Shown here: one piece after another, positions 9,150 through 19,274 of the stretch
Numbering within the stretch: position 1 is the stretch's first letter
How the letters are laid out: each line of letters opens with the position of its first letter
Origin: Candidatus Multivoradales bacterium
GTDB lineage: Bacteria; Acidobacteriota; Thermoanaerobaculia; Multivoradales; Multivoraceae
Direction: 5' to 3'
Assembly (NCBI GenBank): GCA_965223325.1
Contig: CBDCWI010000001.1
Coordinates: forward strand, 1,120,001 to 1,184,000
DNA length: 64,000 bases
Notes under the pieces: generated by a model
The model's input: the letters and a program-made list of their open reading frames with translations, nothing else
The model's database searches: none
Told to the model about the DNA's origin: nothing
Program-made: the position numbers and the translations under genes

Positions 9150-9773
9150 ATGCTTCAGACCCCGAACCGAATCCGGACACCCCTTCTCGCCTCCGTCCTG
9201 GCCGTCGCCTTCCTGGCCACACTTGTTCCGGCTCCCGCGGCCGCCTTCGATGTTGCCCTGATGGGTGCCTGGTGGGAAGTTGCCGAAATACCTGCAACGG
9301 CCGGTGGCGTCGCCGGCATCGACGAAAACGGCGGCGACGCCGCAGGGTTTGGCGCCCGCGTATCGTTCAACGTCTCACGGGCCACCATGATCGACATCTC
9401 GGTCTTCTACTTCGAAGAGCTCGAGCAGGACGACCTGGACAACCCGACCAACATTCTCGACAGCGCGAGGGGCGGTACCGAGATCATCCCCATCGACCTC
9501 GGCATGCGCTACGGCAAGGGGCCGTTCAAGCTCGGTGGCGGCATCACCTACTTCAACATCGACGCCCCGCCGGGCAGGGCGATCGACGACGAGATTGGCT
9601 GGTACGCCAAGATCGCCTACGAGTTCGGCAAGGCCGATACCCGCTTCTTCGTCGAAGGCATGTACCGCGAGGTCGACAGCACCATCGATCCTGACACCAA
9701 CGAAACGCGCGATGAGATCGATCTCGATCTCGGAGGAATCCAGGTCAACCTCGGGATCATGTTCACCTGGTAG
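9150..9773 (+). CDS. Outer-membrane beta-barrel protein (probably 8-stranded)
   Basis: Signal peptide, alternating beta-strands, terminal GIMFTW beta-signal. Confidence 0.8.
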   Translation: MLQTPNRIRTPLLASVLAVAFLATLVPAPAAAFDVALMGAWWEVAEIPATAGGVAGIDENGGDAAGFGARVSFNVSRATMIDISVFYFEELEQDDLDNPTNILDSARGGTEIIPIDLGMRYGKGPFKLGGGITYFNIDAPPGRAIDDEIGWYAKIAYEFGKADTRFFVEGMYREVDSTIDPDTNETRDEIDLDLGGIQVNLGIMFTW

Positions 9774-9797
9774 GAACCTCCGACCGCGAGCTCGCGG

Positions 9798-11660
9798 CTA
9801 GACTGCTTCCAGCTCCTCCTGCAGAGCGTACTGCAGGTGGTAGAGCTTCCAGTACGTACCTTCGCGCGCTAGCAGCTCTTCGTGGTTGCCCTCTTCGACG
9901 ATGCGCCCTTGGCGCATCACGTAGATCCGGTCGACGTCTTTGATCGTTGACAGCCGGTGCGCGACGACCAGGCTGGTCTTGCCCTCCATCATCTGGTGGA
10001 GGGCGTCTTGCACCAACGCCTCGGTCTCGGTGTCGATACTCGAGGTCGCCTCGTCGAGCAGCAGAATCTGCGGCCGGCGCGCCAACGCCCGCGCGAACGA
10101 CAGGAGCTGCCGTTCGCCGGTCGAGAAGTTGGCGCCACGCTCGCTGACCGGCTGCCGCCAACCCTGCGGCAGCCGTTCGATCAGGCGGTCCACATGCGTC
10201 GCTTCGATGGCTTCCTGGAGATCACTATCGGCAATCGCCCTGTTCCCGAGCGCCAGGTTGTAGCGCAGGTCGCCATCGAACAGGAAGACATCCTGCAGAA
10301 CAAACGACATCAAGCGCCGCAGTTCTGAGCGCGGCAGCTCGCGAATATCGCGGCCGCCAACCCGGATCTGGCCTTCCTGCAGCTCGTAGAGACGCGCCAG
10401 CAGCTTGAGGGTCGTCGTTTTCCCTGAGCCGGTGTGCCCGACGAACGCAACCCGCTCGCCCGGAGCTACCCGGAACGACACATCGTTGAGGACCGGGTCT
10501 TCGCCGTAGGCGAAGGTCACGTTCTCGAACACTACTTCTCCGGGCCGCTCGTCGCCCGAAGACCGGTAGCGGTTGGTCGCGCCTGTCGCCTGTTCGACCG
10601 GTTCCCGCGGTTCATCGAGCAGCTGGAAGACGCGTTCGGCACTGGCCATCGACGACTGCATCACCGAGTACTTCGCCGACAGATCCATCAACGGCCTGAA
10701 GAAGCGACTCATGAAGTCGATGAAGACGTAGATGGTGCCCAGGGTCACCGCACCCGCGCCCATCAGCTGGGCGCCGTACCAGAAGATCAGCGCCCGCGTC
10801 AGGTTGGTCATCAGGTCCACTGACGAGAAGAGCAGCGCGTCGTACTGAATCGACTGGAACCATGAGTCGCGGTGCGAGGCGTTCAGTTGCTGGAAGTCGC
10901 GCAGGTTGCGCCTCTCGCGCGCAAACAGCTGCACCACCTTCATGCCAGAGATGGTCTCCTGGAGAAACGAATTGAGCGCCGCGATCTTGACCCGCACACT
11001 GCGGAACGCATCGCGCACCTTGTAGCGAAACACCACCGCCGCCACCGCCAGGACCGGCATGAGGGCCATCGCCGCCAGTGCCAGGCGCGGTTCGATTCGA
11101 AAGAGCATCCACGCGAAGAAGACCATCACCACGACATCGGCGATCAACGCCACGATGCCGGCGGAGAACATCTCGGCGAGGTTCTCGAGGTCGTTGGTGA
11201 GCCGGGTGACCAACCGCCCCACCGGGTAACGATCGAAGAACGACATCGGAAGCCGTTGGGTGTGCTCGAACAGTGCCGAGCGAACCGCCTTTGAAGTGCG
11301 TTGCCCAAGAACCACCATTGATAGCTGACGAGTCCCATCGAGCACAATCTGGGCGAGAGCGATACAGACGACGAGCGCGAAGAACCAGCTCAGCGGCTCC
11401 AGGCCGAAGCGCGCCACCAAGAACGGTTCGATCTGCGGCACGTCGGTTGTCGGTTCGCCGGTCGTGAGGTAGTTGAGCGCCGCGCCGATGATGAGCGGCG
11501 GCGCAACCTCGAGCAAGAGCCGCAGCGGAATGAGGACGAGCGACACCGCCGCGAGATGCCAGTTGGGAGCAACGAAGGGCCACAACCGCGCGATCAGGCG
11601 CGCGTCATAGACCTTGCCCAGAGCGGCTTCTTCGTGCTGGTTCGCCATCGAGGCACTCAA
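9798..11660 (-). CDS. ABC exporter fused TMD-NBD subunit (MdlB/YheH-like)
   Basis: GHTGSGKTT Walker A, degenerate FSTGERQ signature, LLLDEATS, AHRLS. Confidence 0.93.
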   Translation of the reverse strand: MSASMANQHEEAALGKVYDARLIARLWPFVAPNWHLAAVSLVLIPLRLLLEVAPPLIIGAALNYLTTGEPTTDVPQIEPFLVARFGLEPLSWFFALVVCIALAQIVLDGTRQLSMVVLGQRTSKAVRSALFEHTQRLPMSFFDRYPVGRLVTRLTNDLENLAEMFSAGIVALIADVVVMVFFAWMLFRIEPRLALAAMALMPVLAVAAVVFRYKVRDAFRSVRVKIAALNSFLQETISGMKVVQLFARERRNLRDFQQLNASHRDSWFQSIQYDALLFSSVDLMTNLTRALIFWYGAQLMGAGAVTLGTIYVFIDFMSRFFRPLMDLSAKYSVMQSSMASAERVFQLLDEPREPVEQATGATNRYRSSGDERPGEVVFENVTFAYGEDPVLNDVSFRVAPGERVAFVGHTGSGKTTTLKLLARLYELQEGQIRVGGRDIRELPRSELRRLMSFVLQDVFLFDGDLRYNLALGNRAIADSDLQEAIEATHVDRLIERLPQGWRQPVSERGANFSTGERQLLSFARALARRPQILLLDEATSSIDTETEALVQDALHQMMEGKTSLVVAHRLSTIKDVDRIYVMRQGRIVEEGNHEELLAREGTYWKLYHLQYALQEELEAV

Positions 11661-13477
11661 GCCGCACCCTCCCCGAAGGCACCGAACTCGGCCTCCAACT
11701 TCTGACGACGATGGAGGCGCGAGTAGAAACCGCCAAGCTCGACGAGCTCGGTGTGAGTGCCCGACTCGGTGACGCGGCCTTCTTCGAGCACCAGAATCAC
11801 ATCGGCATCGCGCACCGCCGAGATGCGATGCGCAACGATGAAACAGGTGCGGCCACGCTTGGCGCTTCGCAGATCACCGAGAATCGCCTCCTCCGTCTCG
11901 TGATCGACGCTCGATAGCGAGTCATCGAGAATCAGAATCGAAGGGTCGAGCAGCAGCGCACGCGCCAAGGCGACCCGCTGCCGCTGACCGCCGGAAAGCG
12001 TCACACCGCGCTCTCCGACCATGGTCTCGAAGCCGTCGGCAAAATCCTCGATGTCGCCGAGCACGTGGGCGCGGGCGGCAGCGGCACGCACCTCGTCCAT
12101 CGAGGCATCGGGGCGACCGAAGCGAATGTTGTCGGCCACCGAGGTCGAAAACAGGAAGCTGTCCTGCGGCACCATTGCAATACTCGAACGCAGGAGCTCC
12201 ACCGGAACCTGGTTCAAGTCGACGCCGTCGATCGACACCAGTCCATCCTCGACTTCGAGCAGCCGCGGAATAACGCTCACCAAGGTGCTCTTCCCAGCCG
12301 CTACCGGGCCGACGATGCCAACCGTCGAGCCGGGTTCCGCGAGGAGTGAGATCTGGTCGAGGGCGGGGCGCTCGGCGCCCGGGTAGGTAAACGAGAGCCC
12401 GCGAGCTTCGACGCGCCCCAGAACCTTCTCCATCCCGGCAACATCCAAACGATCGCGAATCGAGGGCACAACGTCGAGCACGTCGCCGAGTCGATCGAGC
12501 GCCGCCAACCCCCGCTGCACGATCGAGATCACAAAGCCGAGCATCAGGGTCGGAAAGGTCAACATGCCAATGTAGGTCCAGAAGACCCACAGGTCCTGCG
12601 AACCCAGCTGGCCAGCCTCGACCGCTCGTCCTCCGAAGAGCAGGACCAGGCCCGAGGCCGCGGCAGGCAAGAGACCCACCGAGCTGAAGAGCGCCGTCGA
12701 GATGAAGCCGACGGTCAACATCCGGCGGTAGAGCTCGTGGTTCTGCTCTTCGAAGCGTTTCGTTTCGCCCTCTTCGAGCGAATAGGTGCGCACCACCATG
12801 ACGCCCGAGGCATTCTCCTGGACGGCCGTCGACACCCGACCGAGCTGTTCCTGGCCCGCGAGATTGGCGCGGAACATACGGCGTGAGTACAAGCGCGCGA
12901 TCAGGATGAACACCGGGAACGGCAAGAGCGCCCAGAAGGTCAAGGTGGGAGACAGAGCGAGCATCACACCGATGGCGGCCACGTAGAGCACCGGCGTTTG
13001 GATGATGTTCAAGAGCCCCATCCCCAGAAAGAGGCGTACGCTGTTGATGTCGTTGACCGCCCGCGACATCAGGTCGCCGGTGCGGTTGGCATCGAAGAAC
13101 GACTGCGGCAGGCGCTGCAGATGCGAAAAGTAGTCGTTACGGATCTGGTACTCGATCTGGCGACCAATCCTGAACATGACGATGCGCGAGAACAGTCGGA
13201 AGCCGGCGTAGAGAAGCGACGCCATGACCAGGAGGCGCACGGCACCGAGCACCTGACTCGGGTCGTCCTCGAGCACCGCGACGATCTCCTTGACCGCCAG
13301 CGGAATGAACTGGAACGAAATCGCATAGCCGAGCGTCAAGAGCGCGCCCAGCAGGTAGCGCCAGGGGGCGCGCCGCATGTACCCCAACAGGCGCCGCCAG
13401 GGACCGACTCGCTCTACGAGCACCAGCGGCGGTCTAACCTTCTGTTCGGAGGATGCCGCCTCCATGGGCGTGGTCAT
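11657..13477 (-). CDS. ABC exporter fused TMD-NBD subunit (MdlA/YheI-like)
   Basis: GPVAAGKS, LSGGQRQR, degenerate Walker B ILDDSLS; 4-nt overlap with its partner, so a heterodimer. Confidence 0.93.
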   Translation of the reverse strand: MTTPMEAASSEQKVRPPLVLVERVGPWRRLLGYMRRAPWRYLLGALLTLGYAISFQFIPLAVKEIVAVLEDDPSQVLGAVRLLVMASLLYAGFRLFSRIVMFRIGRQIEYQIRNDYFSHLQRLPQSFFDANRTGDLMSRAVNDINSVRLFLGMGLLNIIQTPVLYVAAIGVMLALSPTLTFWALLPFPVFILIARLYSRRMFRANLAGQEQLGRVSTAVQENASGVMVVRTYSLEEGETKRFEEQNHELYRRMLTVGFISTALFSSVGLLPAAASGLVLLFGGRAVEAGQLGSQDLWVFWTYIGMLTFPTLMLGFVISIVQRGLAALDRLGDVLDVVPSIRDRLDVAGMEKVLGRVEARGLSFTYPGAERPALDQISLLAEPGSTVGIVGPVAAGKSTLVSVIPRLLEVEDGLVSIDGVDLNQVPVELLRSSIAMVPQDSFLFSTSVADNIRFGRPDASMDEVRAAAARAHVLGDIEDFADGFETMVGERGVTLSGGQRQRVALARALLLDPSILILDDSLSSVDHETEEAILGDLRSAKRGRTCFIVAHRISAVRDADVILVLEEGRVTESGTHTELVELGGFYSRLHRRQKLEAEFGAFGEGAA

Positions 13478-14700
13478 CCGGCAGTCTCGTCGGCCTCGAA
13501 GCGCTCGGTGACCTCGTCGTAGAAGTCGATCATCTGGCGCACGTAGGCCCGCTTCTCGCGGTAGCTGCCCGGAAAGAAACTGCGCTTGAAACCGTGAATG
13601 GAAAGGTTGCGCAGCTCAGACGGGCGGATCTCGAAAGCCCGGCAGGCCTGCAGCACCTCGTCCGTCACCGTGGTGCGCGACACCAGACGGTTGTCGGTAC
13701 ACAGTGACACCGAAACCCGGTCAGACATCATACGACCGAACGGATGATCGGCAACGCTGGTGAGTCCCGGCATCGTCTGCATGTTCGAGGTGATGCACAC
13801 CTCGAGCGTGATGCGCCGGTCGCTTATGTACTCGGCCAGGTGTTCCACATAACGCTCGGCGTCTGGCTGCTCGACTTGTTCGACCGAATAGAGGTGCGTG
13901 CCGTGGCCGATACGGTCGGCGTGCAGTCGGGTGATCGCCTGGAAGATGCTCTCCGGACCGTAGGCCTCGCCGGCGTGCACGGTTTTCTTCATGAAGTGGC
14001 GATGGGCAAACTCGTAGGCCTCGACATGGTCCGACGCGGGGTGGCCGTCTTCGGCGCCAGCGAGGTCGAAGCCAACGACCGGAAGCCCCAGGCGATCCCG
14101 CGCGTCGACCACCGAGCGCGCCAACGACAGTGACGCAACGCCGTAGACCTCGTCTTTCGGCCAGCTCTCGAGAGCCGAGAAAAGATTCGCGTGGTAAGGG
14201 CTGAAGGCTGGGGTAAAGAAGCGCATCGCCGAAGCGATGATGCCGTAGCGAAACGGCGGCTCGCCGTTCTCTTTGACCGCCGGGGATGCTTCGTGTTCGC
14301 GGCGCGCGCGCTCGAGCCCCTTGTCGACCGCGAGCAGAATCTGCGGCACGCCGAGCCCGGGGCGTATGTGCAACTGCGGCGCAAAGCGCACCTCGATATA
14401 GCGCACGCCCTCGGCGAGGTTGTCCCGGGCGAGCTCGTACGCCACCTGCTCGAGCGCCTCCTCGTCGGTCATCACCGCGCAGGTGTAGGCGAATCCGTGG
14501 AGGTACTCGGTGAGGTCGTTGTACTTCTCCTTGAACACCAGCTCGAGAAGCCCTTCCGGGGTCTCGGACGGCAAGTCGACCTTGCGGGCTTTCGCCAGCT
14601 CGATCAAGGTCTCGAGGCGTAGCGAACCGTCGAGGTGGACGTGCAGATCGGTCTTGGGAAGCGCTCGTATGAGGGCTTCCGAGGGAGGTTCAGTGTGCAT
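13474..14700 (-). CDS. add: Adenosine deaminase
   Basis: LPKTDLHVHLDGS, EVRFAP, TVHAGE, RIGHG, CTDN motifs. Confidence 0.88.
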   Translation of the reverse strand: MHTEPPSEALIRALPKTDLHVHLDGSLRLETLIELAKARKVDLPSETPEGLLELVFKEKYNDLTEYLHGFAYTCAVMTDEEALEQVAYELARDNLAEGVRYIEVRFAPQLHIRPGLGVPQILLAVDKGLERARREHEASPAVKENGEPPFRYGIIASAMRFFTPAFSPYHANLFSALESWPKDEVYGVASLSLARSVVDARDRLGLPVVGFDLAGAEDGHPASDHVEAYEFAHRHFMKKTVHAGEAYGPESIFQAITRLHADRIGHGTHLYSVEQVEQPDAERYVEHLAEYISDRRITLEVCITSNMQTMPGLTSVADHPFGRMMSDRVSVSLCTDNRLVSRTTVTDEVLQACRAFEIRPSELRNLSIHGFKRSFFPGSYREKRAYVRQMIDFYDEVTERFEADETAG

Positions 14701-14760
14701 CTGGTGGCGTGAGGCATAGGGCGCGCCGCGTTGTCAGAAGCCTGAGTGAGGGGGGTCTGC

Positions 14761-14895
14761 GCGCTGCCCGGGTTGATCGGGATACTACAGCTTCGATCGC
14801 CCGCCGGTGCGCCGGCGGTTTGCGCTGCTGGCGGACCTCGGGAACAATGCGGGTTCGATTCCCAGCGATCAACCCGACTCTTCTGGCGGCAGCGC
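14761..14895. other. Structured intergenic inverted repeat, candidate ncRNA or MITE-like element
   Basis: 14761-14779 pairs with 14888-14895 plus 14866-14876; contains GGGTTCGATTCCC. Confidence 0.4.
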
Positions 14896-14938
14896 TCGAG
14901 TAACGCCGCCGCCGGGGGCTCAAACGAAGGTCTGCACC

Positions 14939-15448
14939 ATGAACGCCCTGCAACTGCTTCGCCTGATTCTGACGGTCGCCGGCTGCTGGCTGATGGTCGC
15001 GACCTTTGCCGTCATCATGCCGACCACCTGGATGGCGGCAATCCATGACTCTCTCGGAATCGGCCCCTTCCCCGAATCGCCGCTCACCCAGTACCTGACA
15101 CGCTCGGCCGCGGCGCTCTACGCCGTGCACGGTGGCGTCATGTTGGTGGCCTCGAGGGATCCGCTGCGACTTTCCTCACTGGTGCGCTACCTCGGGATCT
15201 CGAACATGGTTCTCGGCCCGGTTCTTCTGGCGATCGACCTTCACGCCGGCATGCCGCTGGCCTGGACCTTGATCGAGGGCCCCGCGGTCGCCATGGGCGG
15301 GTTCTTGTACCTGTGGCTTCTCTTGCGCGCCGAGCGCCAAGCCGGGTCGAACAACGCGACCGGCCTTAGAAGCGGCCGTGATCGAGGCGACTTCGAGCGC
15401 CCGCCCGGAGACCGCGAGCATCACCCGAGCGCCGGTCGACCCGTTTGA
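14939..15448 (+). CDS. Hypothetical 4-TM membrane protein
   Basis: Hydrophobic helices; YLTRSAAALYAVHGG segment; ATG 14939 preferred over the upstream in-frame start. Confidence 0.7.
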   Translation: MNALQLLRLILTVAGCWLMVATFAVIMPTTWMAAIHDSLGIGPFPESPLTQYLTRSAAALYAVHGGVMLVASRDPLRLSSLVRYLGISNMVLGPVLLAIDLHAGMPLAWTLIEGPAVAMGGFLYLWLLLRAERQAGSNNATGLRSGRDRGDFERPPGDREHHPSAGRPV

Positions 15449-18231
15449 AACCCTGGAGCCCCCCTCTCTTTCATCCTGGAGCACGCACCTTGAGAACCTC
15501 CTGTGACCATCCCCTGCCCGTCCAACTCCGGCGCCACTTCCTCCTGGCGCTGGGCCTCCTCTCGATCTCCGTTACGGCGCTCATCGCCAGCGAAGCGACG
15601 GATAGCGAGATGTGGCCGGGGGCTCGGTACGACGAGAGCATCCCGACCTTCGACGACATCCTCGGGCATGCACCGGGCGAGTGGATCGTCTCCCACCCCG
15701 ACGCTCTCCGCTACCTACGCGCACTCGAGAGCGCCTCTGCCGGTCGCATGAAGGTCTTCACCACTGGTGAGACCTGGGAGCGACGCGAGCTGGTCTATGC
15801 CGTTATTGGCACCAAGCAGCGGCTCGATGCGCTCGACGACCTCAAAGCAAGAATCGCCCGAGTCGCTGACCCTCGCCAGACCTCGGCAGACGACGCGCGC
15901 GGCCTGATCGCCGAGCTCCCGGCAACCGTCTGGCTCGCCTATGGCGTCCACGGCAACGAAATCTCATCGCCCGATGCAGCACTCTTTTTCGCCTACCATC
16001 TGCTGGCCGCCCAGGGTGACCCAAGCGTCGACCAGATCCTCGAAGAAACCCTGGTCTTCGTCGACCCGATGCAGAACCCGGACGGGCGCACCCGTTTCGT
16101 ACACAACTTCACGGCCAACACCGGGATCGAACCCGACCCAGCGCGCAGCAACGCGGTTCACGACGAACCGTGGCCGGGCGGGCGCACCAACCACTACCTC
16201 TTCGACTTGAACCGAGACTGGCTCCCTCTCACCCAGCCCGAAACGCGCGCCCGCGTCGCCTCTTTGCGCGAATGGTTGCCACTCGTCTTCGTCGACCTGC
16301 ACGAAATGGGCGGCGACTCGTCGTACTACTTCGCCCCCGAGGCGGTCCCCTACAACCCGCATCTGGCGCCCGAGCAGCGCACCAACCTCGACCTGTTCGG
16401 CCGCAACAACGCCAAGTGGTTCGACCGCTACGGCTTCGACTACTTCACGCGTGAAATCTTCGATGCCTTCTATCCCGGCTATGGCGCCAGCTGGCCGGCG
16501 TACTACGGCGCCATCGCCATGACCTACGAGATGGCTTCGGCACGTGGGCTCGCCTGGCAGAGGAGCGACGGCGACATCTTGACGTTCCGCGATGGCGTCC
16601 AGCGGCACTTCGTGAGTTCGGTGGGTACCGCCGAGGCCGCGGCGATGAATCGCGAAAAGCTGTGGTCTGACTTCCGTCTCTACCGCGAGACCGCCATCGA
16701 AGAAGGGCTGAGCGAGGTGGGCGGCCGCTTGATGGCCTTTCCAGCCCGTGGCAACAAAGGCGCCACCGACCGCCTGGCGAGCGTTGTCGCCGAGCACGGC
16801 GGCGAGATCTATCGCCTGAGCGAAGCGACAGAGATGTGCGGAAGCCGCTTGCCCGCCGGCAGCTACATCGCCGACCTGGCGCAGCCCGCTAAGCGCATGC
16901 TGATGTCGTTTCTCGACAATGACGTGCCAATGGAAGAAGAGTTCCTCCGGGAGCAAGAACGGCTGCGAGCCCTCGGCCTGCCCGACCAGATCTACGACGT
17001 GACCTCGTGGTCACTGCCGCTCATGTTCGGCGCCGAGATGATCCGCTGCGCCGGAACCGTTCCGGCGGGCGCCGAACGCCTGGGAAATGACGGCGCCAAC
17101 ACTCCACGCACCGTGGCCGGTACCCTGGACCGGCGCGACGCCAAGGTCGCTTATCTCGTGCGCTGGGGCGACAGCGGCGCCGCCCGGTTTCTCGCCCGGG
17201 CGCTCGCCAACGGGCTGACCGCCTTCTCGAGCGACGTGCCCTTTACCATGAACAACGAGAACTTCCCGGCCGGCACACTCGCCTGGAAAGTGATGGACAA
17301 CCCTCCAGACCTCGTGGAACGGCTCGCTGTTCTTGCGGCCGAGACCGGAGTTTCGGTGACCGCGACCGACACCAGTTGGGTGCAGTCAGGCGTGAACTTC
17401 GGCAGCAACCGCATGGCCCGCCTGAAAGACCCAGCGATTGCGATCCTCTGGGATGCGCCAACGTCGAGCTACTCAGCCGGCGCGACGAGGTTCTTGATCG
17501 AACGCGAACTCGGCCACCCGGTCACCGTCATTCGGGTGAGTGCCCTTTCACGCACCGACCTCGACACCGTCGACGTGCTCATCTTCCCCGACTCCCGCGG
17601 CTACGAGGGCGCGATCTCTGGATCCACCGGCAAACAACTGCAGGCCTTCGTGCGCGGCGGCGGCGTCACTATCGGCCTCGGCGGCGGCATCGCGCCTCTC
17701 GCCGAGCACGGGCTGCTCTCGACCCAACGCGAGCGGCGCGCCGGCACCGACAGCGAAGGGCCTGAGAAGAAGGGCGGCGAACTGGCCGATGGAACGCTCC
17801 TTACCACCGAAGCCGACTACCTGAACGCAATCGAGCCCGACGGCAGAACCCCGGACTCGTTAGCCGGCGTCCTTCTGCGCGCCCGCACCGACCAACACCA
17901 CTGGCTCACCGCCGGCCTCGCATCGCACCTGAACGTGCTGGTGCGCGGCGGTGACATCTACACCCCACTGCAGCTCGACGCCGGTCGCAACGCGGCCATC
18001 TTCGAAGCTCCGGAGGAGCTGCTGGTGAGCGGCTACGCCTGGCAGGAGACCCTCGAACAGATGGCTTTCAAGCCCTTCGTCATGGTGGAGCCGCTGGGCA
18101 CCGGCCTGACCATCGGCATCACCGCCGACCCCACCGTGAGGGCGTATCAGGAAGGCCTGTTGCCGCTCCTCGCCTCGGCCATCTTCCGCAGGTCCGGGTC
18201 ACACGCGGTAGTCGCGCCCCGCAGGCGATAG
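15445..18231 (+). CDS. Exported M14 zinc carboxypeptidase with C-terminal GATase-like domain
   Basis: VHGNE, NPDG, DLNRDW, DLHEMG motifs; signal peptide; start uncertain. Confidence 0.9.
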   Translation: MKPWSPPLFHPGARTLRTSCDHPLPVQLRRHFLLALGLLSISVTALIASEATDSEMWPGARYDESIPTFDDILGHAPGEWIVSHPDALRYLRALESASAGRMKVFTTGETWERRELVYAVIGTKQRLDALDDLKARIARVADPRQTSADDARGLIAELPATVWLAYGVHGNEISSPDAALFFAYHLLAAQGDPSVDQILEETLVFVDPMQNPDGRTRFVHNFTANTGIEPDPARSNAVHDEPWPGGRTNHYLFDLNRDWLPLTQPETRARVASLREWLPLVFVDLHEMGGDSSYYFAPEAVPYNPHLAPEQRTNLDLFGRNNAKWFDRYGFDYFTREIFDAFYPGYGASWPAYYGAIAMTYEMASARGLAWQRSDGDILTFRDGVQRHFVSSVGTAEAAAMNREKLWSDFRLYRETAIEEGLSEVGGRLMAFPARGNKGATDRLASVVAEHGGEIYRLSEATEMCGSRLPAGSYIADLAQPAKRMLMSFLDNDVPMEEEFLREQERLRALGLPDQIYDVTSWSLPLMFGAEMIRCAGTVPAGAERLGNDGANTPRTVAGTLDRRDAKVAYLVRWGDSGAARFLARALANGLTAFSSDVPFTMNNENFPAGTLAWKVMDNPPDLVERLAVLAAETGVSVTATDTSWVQSGVNFGSNRMARLKDPAIAILWDAPTSSYSAGATRFLIERELGHPVTVIRVSALSRTDLDTVDVLIFPDSRGYEGAISGSTGKQLQAFVRGGGVTIGLGGGIAPLAEHGLLSTQRERRAGTDSEGPEKKGGELADGTLLTTEADYLNAIEPDGRTPDSLAGVLLRARTDQHHWLTAGLASHLNVLVRGGDIYTPLQLDAGRNAAIFEAPEELLVSGYAWQETLEQMAFKPFVMVEPLGTGLTIGITADPTVRAYQEGLLPLLASAIFRRSGSHAVVAPRRR

Positions 18232-18246
18232 CGTCAGGCGCTGGCG

Positions 18247-18657
18247 TCAGGCACTGGCGCGCTTGATGAACAGGCTGAGCACGACGCCCAGAACGCCCCA
18301 ACCGAGAAGTTCGATGCCCAGCCAGCACCAGGACAGGTAGTACGGAAAGCCCTGGAAGACCATGCCGATGAAGAAGTTGTAGAAGCCAATCAGGGCCCCG
18401 AGGGTCAAGCCGAAGAACAGGCCACCCTTCCAGCGCCCCTCCCAGTTCTGGCGAGTCTTGCCGAACAGATAGGCGGCGATCACTCCCGCCACCATCGCGA
18501 TGACAAAGTGCCAGAGCGGATTGCCATCTTCTTGGACAAAAACCGTGTCGTAGCGGGCGTAGGTGTCAGACATGACACCGACGTGCATCGCGAAGTCGAC
18601 CAGGTTCTTTGCCACTCCAGCGACCACTCCACCGAGCAAGATACGAGACCAGTTCAT
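18247..18657 (-). CDS. Hypothetical 4-TM membrane protein
   Basis: MNWSRILLGGVVAGV start with SD AAGGAG; four hydrophobic segments. Confidence 0.75.
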   Translation of the reverse strand: MNWSRILLGGVVAGVAKNLVDFAMHVGVMSDTYARYDTVFVQEDGNPLWHFVIAMVAGVIAAYLFGKTRQNWEGRWKGGLFFGLTLGALIGFYNFFIGMVFQGFPYYLSWCWLGIELLGWGVLGVVLSLFIKRASA

Positions 18658-18884
18658 GACGCTCTCCTTCCGTCGCGCGCACCAGGCCGCGGTGCCCAGG
18701 GCTTCGCCGGGAACCGTTTGCCTCCTGGGGCCGGGGTGGCACCCAGAAGAGGCGACACTGTGCGCATCAGATTGTTGGAACGGGTTAAGGTGAAACCATC
18801 GTACCGCAGGCGCCATGACCCTCTGTCCTTACCCAAGGGCAAGGCCCCCGCCCGCCCCTGACTGAAAACCGCCGAGATTCACCC

Positions 18885-19247
18885 ATGAAAGAAAGCATGC
18901 AGCCCGGCATCCGCCACACCAAGACCGCAACGGTGACCGAGGACATGGCACCCCCTCACCTGCCGGCGAAAGTGCTCTCGACTCCGTCGATGGTCAATCT
19001 GGTCGAGTGGGCCTGCCTGGAAGCCGCCCAGTCTCACCTCGACGAGGGCGAAACCACGGTGGGCACGCACGTCAACCTCAGCCACGACGGTCCAGCCATG
19101 GCCGGCGAGGATGTTGAAATCGAGGTCGCGCTGGCCGAGGTCAACAAACGGCGCCTGACCTTTGACGTCGAGGTCCGCTCACCGCGCGGTGCAATCTCTA
19201 CGGGGCAGCATCAACGCGCCGTCGTCGACCTCTCGCGCTTCGGCTGA
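18885..19247 (+). CDS. Hot-dog thioesterase (FlK-like)
   Basis: VLSTPSMVNLVE, TVGTHVNLSH, G-x-H-x-R motifs. Confidence 0.87.
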   Translation: MKESMQPGIRHTKTATVTEDMAPPHLPAKVLSTPSMVNLVEWACLEAAQSHLDEGETTVGTHVNLSHDGPAMAGEDVEIEVALAEVNKRRLTFDVEVRSPRGAISTGQHQRAVVDLSRFG

Positions 19248-19274
19248 TACGCCCCTCGCCGGGACCCCAGGTGC

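Noticed and set aside
14770-14880. tRNA (including tRNA-Sec) suggested by GGGTTCGATTCCC
   Set aside because: No proper D arm or anticodon arm, no TCA anticodon loop, and the T stem is out of register with the acceptor-like stem. Kept only as a structured element.
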